From: a virus
Reading direction: 5' to 3' (one strand)
IMG/VR virus record: IMGVR_UViG_3300032224_001676
Coordinates: 1 to 64,000 of that record
DNA length: 64,000 bases
Below, piece after piece: positions 56,381-64,000 of this stretch (its first letter is position 1; each line of letters starts with the position of its first letter). The position numbers were made by a program, and so were the translations under genes. Under the pieces are notes generated by a model. That model had not been told where the DNA came from and searched no databases. It worked only from the letters and a program-made list of their open reading frames with translations.

Positions 56381-56624
56381 TTTTGATTTGGATATATTGG
56401 ATTTCTGTTTTAACATTTGCTTGAGCACTATCATAATCTTGTTTTAATTTAATATATGATGCGTTTAATGAATCCACAACATGGCTTAAACTATCTATAC
56501 GATTATCTTTTGGTGGTTCAACAGGTCTTAAATTTGGTTGAAGACTTTTTACAATCAATAATGATACTAAAAATATTATTAATACCCAAGGTAAAGCAGG
56601 ATGGTTAAAGAATCGTTTAAGCAT
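56304..56624 (-). CDS. i-spanin-like protein (N-terminal TM plus coiled coil)
   Basis: WVLIIFLVSLLIV TM, then IDSLSHVVDSLN heptads. Confidence 0.55.
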   Translation of the reverse strand: MLKRFFNHPALPWVLIIFLVSLLIVKSLQPNLRPVEPPKDNRIDSLSHVVDSLNASYIKLKQDYDSAQANVKTEIQYIQIKNAKDISNIRNFTFDQRDSMWSTLNP

Positions 56625-56883
56625 TTGATTTAGATTCTGTAGCTTTTGGCTTTTTAGGATAATACTTTTTCTTAGAAGGTGATTTCTTTTTTACTTCAAT
56701 TGGTTTAGCTGGTTGTTCTTTAAGAGATTTATTAACTACTAAAGCAATATCTAATTCAGCTTCGGCTAACTCTAAATGAGATTCAAGAAATAAAATTCTA
56801 TCTCTAAGAGAGTTGTTTTTAATAAGTAAAAAACTAATAGCAATCGCTAATACAATTGTTGAAAGAGTGAAAACTGTTAACAT
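56617..56883 (-). CDS. TM/coiled-coil protein with basic tail
   Basis: ORF track. Confidence 0.65.
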   Translation of the reverse strand: MLTVFTLSTIVLAIAISFLLIKNNSLRDRILFLESHLELAEAELDIALVVNKSLKEQPAKPIEVKKKSPSKKKYYPKKPKATESKSNA

Positions 56884-56927
56884 AATTTTGATTTTTAATT
56901 TACTATAAATATAAGTGATATTTTGGA

Positions 56928-57062
56928 TTAATCCAAATTTAATTTAAAATTCTTTCGAGAATATAGTTTACCTGATGGCTTAGTTCTTGTAATCATATTT
57001 CTACGTACGATTTGAGCTACATGCCTAACATTTAATCCATTTATTTGGTTAGAATTCTTCAT
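56928..57062 (-). CDS. small basic protein (44 aa)
   Basis: Hand-translated MKNSNQINGLNVRHVAQIVRRNMITRTKPSGKLYSRKNFKLNLD. Confidence 0.55.
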   Translation of the reverse strand: MKNSNQINGLNVRHVAQIVRRNMITRTKPSGKLYSRKNFKLNLD

Positions 57063-57348
57063 ATTTTCTAGGTTTTGACTCAGGTTGCATATTATCTACA
57101 TACTGTATGCCAGGTTCAGTAGGATTTGAAACAATCTTATTAGTCATAAATAAATATACGGGTCCTTCATAGTTTTTTATGGTTTGTTCCCCATTTTCCC
57201 AATATATTATACGACGAGGAGCATTATAACTTCTAAATGTTCGACAAGTTACTCTCATCCAACCTATATCCTCAATTAAAACCTCAGTACTTTTTTCTGT
57301 TGGAAAATCATAAATTAATTTTCCTGTAAAACCTGTTTTTTCTCCCAT
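57049..57348 (-). CDS. hypothetical phage protein
   Basis: ORF track. Confidence 0.7.
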   Translation of the reverse strand: MGEKTGFTGKLIYDFPTEKSTEVLIEDIGWMRVTCRTFRSYNAPRRIIYWENGEQTIKNYEGPVYLFMTNKIVSNPTEPGIQYVDNMQPESKPRKYEEF

Positions 57349-57350
57349 TA

Positions 57351-57551
57351 TTAATAAATTTTTTCAATTGGACAATCACTCAATTGTTTGAGCATTCTAA
57401 ATTGGGCATCATTTGTCAGCTGTCTAGCTTTACTAAAATCATCACTAAAATTTCCTTTGCCTTCTTTTAATCCGATCCAATATTGGGCATAATCATTCAT
57501 TACATAAAATGGATTTGATTCTTCTTCAATAACTAATAATTTCTTTTTCAT
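57351..57551 (-). CDS. hypothetical protein
   Basis: Start placed at MKKKLLVIEE, after the promoter at 57568-57599. Confidence 0.65.
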   Translation of the reverse strand: MKKKLLVIEEESNPFYVMNDYAQYWIGLKEGKGNFSDDFSKARQLTNDAQFRMLKQLSDCPIEKIY

Positions 57552-57601
57552 AACTTTTATTATGCTGTAAAGATAATAAAAAATGGCCCAAAGGCCAAAT
57601 T

Positions 57602-57817
57602 TTATTTTACAATTACTATATTTACACCCATTAAATCTGGGCAAATAGTTAGTGATTTATAATAATCATCGGTTTGTAATGAAACAATTTGTTGGTAACC
57701 AGCTTTATCTACACACATGCCTACCATTTGAAATGGATTATGCATGTAAAGTGTTGTATTATCTTCTGATACTGAGTAGTAAGAACACAGGTATACAGGT
57801 TTAAAATTTTCTAACAT
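57602..57817 (-). CDS. hypothetical protein
   Basis: ORF track. Confidence 0.55.
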   Translation of the reverse strand: MLENFKPVYLCSYYSVSEDNTTLYMHNPFQMVGMCVDKAGYQQIVSLQTDDYYKSLTICPDLMGVNIVIVK

Positions 57818-57836
57818 ATTGGTATTTTATTTTAAG

Positions 57837-57864
57837 ATATATTATCCTTCGCAATTAATACATT
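57837..57864 (-). repeat. relic duplicate of the nrdA 3' end (encodes CINCEG-stop)
   Basis: 25/28 identity to 58370-58397 (CISCEG-stop). Confidence 0.85.
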
Positions 57865-58361
57865 AATGGGTCTATATATTTCCTAGGAACACGAATGCTG
57901 GTTGTTCCTGATGAAGGTGATATAAGATCATTCATGTTTCCTTCATCTTTAAAGAATTTTAATACCTCACCTTTTTTATCACCTGATATCATTGCCCCAT
58001 TGAGGGTTTTAATGTTTAAATCAGGGGCAAAATACATTTGAAAGCGATTAGAATCAGTTGGTGGATTTGATTTAAGTGAGTTAATCATGTCAAATATATA
58101 ATCTGGGATCCATCTGTTATTTTCTTTATAAGCATAAGCCTCGTATCCCCCAAATGTATCTTTTTCAATGCTAATTTTAAATTTTTTAGGAGTTGGGTCT
58201 TCTCCTTTATGATATCGGTCTAGATCCTTTTTTTCTTCAGCAGATAAAGAATCCATACCTGATGCTGATATTTTATCTAGAAGTTGGTCTAAGTATTCAT
58301 TTTCTGCTAATATCTTAGCTATTTCTTCTTTGATGATTTGTTTTAATTGGAATTTCTTCAT
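57855..58361 (-). CDS. hypothetical protein with LKQIIKEEI leader, possibly virion-internal
   Basis: MKKFQLKQIIKEEIAKILAE; LDQLLDKISASGMDSLSAEEK helix motif; ATATTTAT upstream. Confidence 0.7.
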   Translation of the reverse strand: MKKFQLKQIIKEEIAKILAENEYLDQLLDKISASGMDSLSAEEKKDLDRYHKGEDPTPKKFKISIEKDTFGGYEAYAYKENNRWIPDYIFDMINSLKSNPPTDSNRFQMYFAPDLNIKTLNGAMISGDKKGEVLKFFKDEGNMNDLISPSSGTTSIRVPRKYIDPLMY

Positions 58362-58374
58362 GTTAATAAATATA

Positions 58375-60099
58375 TTATCCTTCACAACTTATACATTCTG
58401 ATAAGCGCTGTAAATTATCTCCTCTCAGTACTGATTCAGTACGTAGATAATATAATGTTTTAATTCCTAGTTTATGAGCTTCTTTATGTACCTGGCTAAT
58501 CCATTTTGGGGTATCATTTGGGTCAAAGCATAAGTTTAATGAAATAGCTTGGTCTACATATTCTTGTCTAACACCATTTTGTCTTACAATTTCTAATTGG
58601 TTGATTTCTTTAAATGTCAAAAATACTTCTTTTTCTTCATCAGTTAAAATATAAGAAGGTACATTAATAACTGAGCCTTGATCTTTTAAGATCTGATCCC
58701 AAACGCTATCAATATTATATCCTTTAGTTTCAAGTAATTCTTCTAATATTTTATTACGCTTAATGAATACACCTTTTGCTGTTTTTAGATTATAAACATT
58801 AGCAGGAATAGGTTCAATTGAAGGTGATACACCTCCTGAAATATGTGCATTTGACACTGTAGGTGCAATTGCTAGATGGTGAGTATGTCTCATGCCTGTT
58901 CCCTTACACCATTCTGGCTCACCATATAATTCCGCTTGGTCACGAGATGCTTTTAAAGCGCCTCTTTCAATAAAGTCAGATATCATTCTTGTATAGGCAG
59001 TCGCTTGAATACCTACAAACGGTAAATTCTTTGATTGTAAAAACGTATGCCATCCTAAAACACCAATCCCAATTGCTCTACCTTTAGTAGCTGAGCGAAC
59101 TGTGTTTTCCATAAATTTTATATTCTTAGCTCTGTCAATAAATTCTTGTAATACGCCTTCTAAAAACCAACAAGTTAACTCAGGTAATGTCATCCCATTC
59201 TCAAATGTATAGTCTTTCCATTCATCCCAGCGAGCTAAGTTTAAAGATGATAAACAACAAATAAATGAATGTAACTCATCTGTATATAATGAGATCTCAG
59301 AACATATATTAGTCATTGATACGTGTAAGTTATTCTTAGTATAAGCTAGTGGGTTAGCATTATTAACATTGTCCTCAAACATAATATAAGGTTCACCTGT
59401 TTCAAGACGTGTTTTTAATATTTCACCCCACAACTTTATTGCTTTAGGATCTTTATTCTCCAAATCAGCCATAAATGTGTCATCAATAACAACACATTGA
59501 TGTAAATTTAAACATTGGCGGTTAACATCACCTTTTGGTCTACGAATTTGTAAAAACTCTTCAATATCAGGATGAGTAATATTTAAGTTAACTGATGCTG
59601 CTCCTCTACGAACACTACCTTGATTAGTAGCTAAAATAGTTGAGTCGTAGATTTTAGCCCACGGAACAATACCCTCAGACACACCATTATCTTTAATTGC
59701 TTTACCTCGACCTCTAATGCGAGATAAACCAATACCAACCCCACCACCTTGAGATGATAACCTCATTAATTCAGAATTAGCGTCGGCAATACCTTCAATA
59801 CTATCTCCAACATCAATACCAAAGCATGAAATAGGCATTCCACGTTCTGTACCTAAATTTGATAATACTGGTGATGCTAAACATAGCCAATTTTTAACTA
59901 TTGCCTCATAAAAGAATGGTTGTAAATCTTTACGCTTTAATCTACGCGCTGAGGATTTAGTTACTCTTTTATAGGCGTCGAATACGTCTTCATCAGGCAG
60001 TAAATATCCTTTAGATATCATACTAACCGCTATTTCATCCATCCATTCAGGGTAATTTTTACCCTTGATCCATTTACTTGTGTCCACTTGTATACTCAT
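58375..60099 (-). CDS. nrdA: class I ribonucleotide reductase alpha subunit (compact, no ATP cone evident)
   Basis: SPVLSN, PISCF, GGGVG, TNICSEI, CCLSS, IAPT, KTLYYLR, C-terminal CISCEG. Confidence 0.95.
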   Translation of the reverse strand: MSIQVDTSKWIKGKNYPEWMDEIAVSMISKGYLLPDEDVFDAYKRVTKSSARRLKRKDLQPFFYEAIVKNWLCLASPVLSNLGTERGMPISCFGIDVGDSIEGIADANSELMRLSSQGGGVGIGLSRIRGRGKAIKDNGVSEGIVPWAKIYDSTILATNQGSVRRGAASVNLNITHPDIEEFLQIRRPKGDVNRQCLNLHQCVVIDDTFMADLENKDPKAIKLWGEILKTRLETGEPYIMFEDNVNNANPLAYTKNNLHVSMTNICSEISLYTDELHSFICCLSSLNLARWDEWKDYTFENGMTLPELTCWFLEGVLQEFIDRAKNIKFMENTVRSATKGRAIGIGVLGWHTFLQSKNLPFVGIQATAYTRMISDFIERGALKASRDQAELYGEPEWCKGTGMRHTHHLAIAPTVSNAHISGGVSPSIEPIPANVYNLKTAKGVFIKRNKILEELLETKGYNIDSVWDQILKDQGSVINVPSYILTDEEKEVFLTFKEINQLEIVRQNGVRQEYVDQAISLNLCFDPNDTPKWISQVHKEAHKLGIKTLYYLRTESVLRGDNLQRLSECISCEG

Positions 60100-60109
60100 T
60101 TTTTATATT

Positions 60110-61060
60110 TTATAAATCGTCCCAATCTGCTGTTGATTTTGAATAACTTGTTACTCTTCCTGCAAAGAAATCTTGGTGTGTTTTACCACTTGTTAAATGA
60201 CCAAACCACTCAATTTGTTTTAGTAAGTTTGGGTCAATGTCATTATAAATTGCAGTGTAACCTAATTCTATCATTTTTTCATTAGCTCGTGCTTTAATGA
60301 AGTTCTTTAATTGATCAACATTTAACCCATCAACAGCTCCCATCTCAAATGCCTTATCAATAAAATCAAATTCTAATTGTACTGATGTTTGGCATGCTTC
60401 TATTACTGTATATCTTAATTTGTTAGTATTTAGTTCGGGTTGTTCTTCAAGTAATGTTCTAAACAGCCAACATCCTGCTTTAGAATGTAATGATTCATCT
60501 CTAACACTCCATTCAACAATCTGACCTGTTCCTTTCATTAAGTTTCTTAATTGGAAACTCATTAATATAGCAAACGAACTAAATAAATTTACTCCTTCAG
60601 TAAATGCTGAGAATATAGCTAATGATAATGCTCTTTCTTCTAATGTCTCACCTGGTGTCTCGATTAAACGCTCAATTTTCGCTTTTGATGTTTCGTCTTC
60701 TAGGAATGCTTGAAAATCATCTAAACCTAATTCTTCATTTAAGCGAGCGTATGCTTCAGCATGAATTGATTCAAAATCAGCAAATACACGAGCCATAGCT
60801 TGTATTTCAGGTTTTGGGAACCACATTGATACTTTTGTTGACCAATAATCATTTACATGAACCTCAGTTTGAGCAAATGACTTTAATATGTTTCCAATTA
60901 AATTCTTTTCAGGTTCGGTTAATTTTCCTTTCCAGTCACCTAAATCAGATGCTAATGGAACTTCATCTGCTAACCAATGTACGCGATGTTGATCTTTATA
61001 GAAATCAAACGCTTGTTGATATTCAAACGGTTTATAAAATAATCTTGGGTCAGTTATCAT
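60110..61060 (-). CDS. nrdB: ribonucleotide reductase beta subunit
   Basis: FESIHAEAY, FTEGVNLFSSF, RDESLH, DFF..RVTSYSK. Confidence 0.95.
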   Translation of the reverse strand: MITDPRLFYKPFEYQQAFDFYKDQHRVHWLADEVPLASDLGDWKGKLTEPEKNLIGNILKSFAQTEVHVNDYWSTKVSMWFPKPEIQAMARVFADFESIHAEAYARLNEELGLDDFQAFLEDETSKAKIERLIETPGETLEERALSLAIFSAFTEGVNLFSSFAILMSFQLRNLMKGTGQIVEWSVRDESLHSKAGCWLFRTLLEEQPELNTNKLRYTVIEACQTSVQLEFDFIDKAFEMGAVDGLNVDQLKNFIKARANEKMIELGYTAIYNDIDPNLLKQIEWFGHLTSGKTHQDFFAGRVTSYSKSTADWDDL

Positions 61061-62427
61061 TTTTTATTGTTTAATTCGAAAAATTTCTGTTGTAATGTAC
61101 TTCTATCTAAATTGTTAATGTCTGTGAAACTATTAACTGGTTTAGAAGGATTGAATTGTTCCGCTTCCTCATCATAGTCTTCAAAAATTTCAAAATGACC
61201 TGTTGATGTATCTACTTTAGCACCAAATGTCATTCCGTCACCCCCATATCTATTTTTCATAATATGGAATCGACCAGTGCCTGCTACTTTATCTTCTTTT
61301 TTACGGGATAATGATATGGAGATATCTGTGATCATAATTTTGTCGTAGCTTCCTGCTGCTTTATCTCCTTCAATAATGTCATCTTTAGCACCTGCTCTGT
61401 TTACTTGTGATACACTCCAAACTGGTATTTTAAGTTCACGAGCAAGACCTTTAGTGCTAACATAAATATCATCTATCTCTTCTTTACGCTCACGATTGTT
61501 TCTTTTTGATCGAAGAAGATCTACATAATCGATAATAATTAAATCTGGTTTAAAATCTTGGTCTATACATTTTTGTATATGTGCTTCTATTGTAGAAATT
61601 GATGCTTTACCAGGTGAGTACTCTTTAATGACTAAATTACCAGGTAAATCAACTATAGTTTCTTCTACTTTATTTTTAAAATCAGTTATAAGATTAACTG
61701 GTACCCCTGTAAAGCAGGCATCATATCTTCTTCCAACATAATCTTCACCTAATTCTAGAGTATAATGTATAACATTAAATCCTAATCTAACAGCATGTGC
61801 TCCTAAAGCAATTAATGTCCATGATTTACCACCTCCAGGATTACCAAATATTAATCCAAAATCTCCAGGTCCAATACCTCCTTGGAACAATTTATTAAAT
61901 GCGTCCCAAGGTGTAGGTACAGCCATACGATGTTCTTCTCTATATCGAGTTTCAATATCTTTACTGTATTCCAATCCTAAATTTTTATCACCACCAGCTT
62001 TTAAAGCGTTGTCTACTAAATATCGAATTGAATCATAATCACCAGCGTCTAGTAGTTCTACTGAATTTAGTAATGCTTTTTTAAGTTGTTGGTTTTTGCA
62101 GAAATTAGAAAATTCTTCCTCTACATAAGCTAAATCATCATCAGATGCTTTGTATGCTTCCTTTAGCTGTTCTTTAATTGATATTTGTAATATTTCATTA
62201 TCAATTCTTTTTAATTCTATTTTTAATACCTCCATACTAGGTGTAGAGTGGTATTTGTCGTAGTATTTTAAAATTTCCTTAATAACCCATTTATGTGCTT
62301 GATTATCAAAATAATCTTCACTGATTATATCATGGATATTCACTAAGAACTCTTTATGGGTCAATAAAGATGATATTACTTTAATTTGAAAATGCGTCCC
62401 ATACTGGGAAAGTGTACTTAATGTCAT
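61057..62427 (-). CDS. dnaB: DnaB-like replicative helicase
   Basis: GNPGGGKS, YTLEL, IIDYVD, SQVNR, KNRYG. Confidence 0.92.
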   Translation of the reverse strand: MTLSTLSQYGTHFQIKVISSLLTHKEFLVNIHDIISEDYFDNQAHKWVIKEILKYYDKYHSTPSMEVLKIELKRIDNEILQISIKEQLKEAYKASDDDLAYVEEEFSNFCKNQQLKKALLNSVELLDAGDYDSIRYLVDNALKAGGDKNLGLEYSKDIETRYREEHRMAVPTPWDAFNKLFQGGIGPGDFGLIFGNPGGGKSWTLIALGAHAVRLGFNVIHYTLELGEDYVGRRYDACFTGVPVNLITDFKNKVEETIVDLPGNLVIKEYSPGKASISTIEAHIQKCIDQDFKPDLIIIDYVDLLRSKRNNRERKEEIDDIYVSTKGLARELKIPVWSVSQVNRAGAKDDIIEGDKAAGSYDKIMITDISISLSRKKEDKVAGTGRFHIMKNRYGGDGMTFGAKVDTSTGHFEIFEDYDEEAEQFNPSKPVNSFTDINNLDRSTLQQKFFELNNKK

Positions 62428-62435
62428 AACTTTTA

Positions 62436-63476
62436 TTATTTAAAACTGCTTAATACTTTGAATGTCTCTTTTATCCAATAATCAATATTTTTTAAAACAT
62501 TAACTAAACCATCTTCATGATATAGATTTAAAAATTCTTTAGTTTTTAAATTAAATGGTCTAGCTTCTATTAATTCTTGTATAATTTCTTTCTCCTCATC
62601 ATCCATTAATGGGTGACTCAAATCCATTATTTTATAGTTATTTTTTATTGAATCACTGTTAAATATTACTCTAGAATATATAACATTGTCCTTATATTTG
62701 GTTTCACTAATGTTAAATATGTCTTCTAATACTAAATCTTCTTCAGCTAATTCAGGAAATAATTTAAATAATTTTTTAGGGCCTAATCCTTGCACTCCTG
62801 GTATTTTATCTGAATTATCACCCATTAATGTCTTATATAATATAAAGTTTTTAGGTGATAAGCCAAATTTATCTTTTACTGTTTTTGGAGTATAATACTC
62901 TTTAACCATAGGGCTATAAACAGTTATATTGTCAGTAACTAATTGTAAAAAATCTTTATCTGCGGATACTATAACGCATTTAGATTGGTATTTTTTGGTT
63001 ATATATTGTGATAAATAAGCGATAATGTCGTCTGCCTCGACTTTATCGAGAGATATTACTTTGATGGGTAAACACCGTAGATAATGAATTAACCTAGATA
63101 TTTGGTTAGCTTTAGAATCTTGTTCATCATCTATATTATCAAACGCATCATAGTTAGTTATTTGTTTAATGTTCCTACCTGATTTATATTCGGGGAGTAA
63201 GTTCTTTCTGTTAACAGAAGAACCAACTCCGTCGAATACAATATATACAGATGTAGGTTTATTTTGGTTTATTAGAAACCCTAATGATCTTAAAAAACCT
63301 CCAAGTCCTCCAATATGAACACCTTCTTGATTAATATAATTTAATACAGCAAAATTTCTTAAAAATAAATTTAAACCATCTATAATTAATACTCTATCAT
63401 GTTTATTAAACGTAGCTTCTTTTTCAGATTCTTGGGTAACATTTTCTAATAACTTAAATAAATCTTTTTTATTCAT
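62436..63476 (-). CDS. 5'-3' exonuclease / flap endonuclease (Pol I N-domain, T4 RNase H-like)
   Basis: IIDGLN, VFDG, YKSGR, EADD, SADKDFLQL, GDNSDKIPGVQGLG. Confidence 0.92.
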   Translation of the reverse strand: MNKKDLFKLLENVTQESEKEATFNKHDRVLIIDGLNLFLRNFAVLNYINQEGVHIGGLGGFLRSLGFLINQNKPTSVYIVFDGVGSSVNRKNLLPEYKSGRNIKQITNYDAFDNIDDEQDSKANQISRLIHYLRCLPIKVISLDKVEADDIIAYLSQYITKKYQSKCVIVSADKDFLQLVTDNITVYSPMVKEYYTPKTVKDKFGLSPKNFILYKTLMGDNSDKIPGVQGLGPKKLFKLFPELAEEDLVLEDIFNISETKYKDNVIYSRVIFNSDSIKNNYKIMDLSHPLMDDEEKEIIQELIEARPFNLKTKEFLNLYHEDGLVNVLKNIDYWIKETFKVLSSFK

Positions 63477-63477
63477 C

Positions 63478-64000
63478 TTAATCCTCTTCAATTAGTGTTA
63501 TAGCCTCTTTGCTTTCTTCCCATTCTGAGGTGTCTTCAATAAGGTCTACTTCAACACTTCCTAAAATGTCAACCCATTCATTAGCATGTTTTTTCTTATA
63601 TTCATTAATTTCGTTTTCATTAATAAATCCATGAATAGTAGCTATAACAGTACTTTTTGTTTGTAACCCAGTAACGTGATTCTTATCACAAGCTACTTTT
63701 GTTCTAACAGCAAACTCAACCTCCTTACCGTTTTTAGTTGCTTTAATTTTGCTTGTACCACTATTAGTAATATTACCAAATGTTAATACAATTGAAGCGT
63801 CTAAAAACATAGTTTCACCGTTTTTCATTTTCATTTTTGGTTGAGACATAATTGTCTCAGCTGGTGCAACCCAAATCTTGTTAATTGCTACCATTGAATT
63901 AGTATAAGGTGATGTTTCTTTTCTTGATAATGGGAAACGTTGATTAATAAAATTACCAAACTGTTGTGACATTGCGCCTGCATTCCACATTGGGTTGTTT
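63478..64000 (-). CDS. RecA/UvsX-like recombinase, C-terminal part; runs off the window
   Basis: MVAINKIW, KNGETMFLDAS, TKVACDKNH; position upstream of the exonuclease and helicase. Confidence 0.65.
   Translation of the reverse strand, partial: NNPMWNAGAMSQQFGNFINQRFPLSRKETSPYTNSMVAINKIWVAPAETIMSQPKMKMKNGETMFLDASIVLTFGNITNSGTSKIKATKNGKEVEFAVRTKVACDKNHVTGLQTKSTVIATIHGFINENEINEYKKKHANEWVDILGSVEVDLIEDTSEWEESKEAITLIEED

Noticed and set aside
196-62895. All plus-strand ORFs in the track (e.g. 3051, 13993, 47306, 50021)
   Set aside because: They are antisense shadows of well-supported minus-strand genes with no recognisable motifs
1-64000. Stop-codon reassignment
   Set aside because: Conserved enzymes are full length in the standard code, TAA, TAG and TGA all end genes, and there is no suppressor tRNA

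Overview
A very AT-rich 64 kb segment of a large tailed dsDNA phage genome. Essentially all real genes are on the minus strand; the plus-strand ORFs are shadows. A Bacteroidota host is inferred from about 18 copies of a -33/-7-type promoter ([T/C]TTG-N20-TAT[C/A]TTTA) and from AT-rich start regions that mostly lack Shine-Dalgarno sequences. Read in the direction of transcription, from the right end: recA-like (partial), 5'-3' exonuclease, DnaB helicase, nrdB, nrdA; spanin-like genes; a 7-deazaguanine DNA-modification cluster (divergent TGT/DpdA-like, queC, queD, queE, folE) interleaved with an HPRT, two thioredoxins and a MazG-like pyrophosphatase; a fibre/adhesin island with 14-aa SHAEG repeats; a family B DNA polymerase split in two by a homing endonuclease with no room for an intron; an ADP-ribosyltransferase-like gene; sliding clamp, groES/groEL, clamp loader and a Cas4-like nuclease; a ~15 kb glycosylation island with a near-complete pseudaminic/nonulosonic-acid pathway; lysis genes (GH19 endolysin, GAF-type holin candidate); two tRNAs flanking a structured spacer; repair enzymes and phosphoesterases; a hypervariable small-gene region with repeated junctions; DNA ligase, an HNH endonuclease and thyA. 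All product calls come from motifs recognised by eye; no database search was run.
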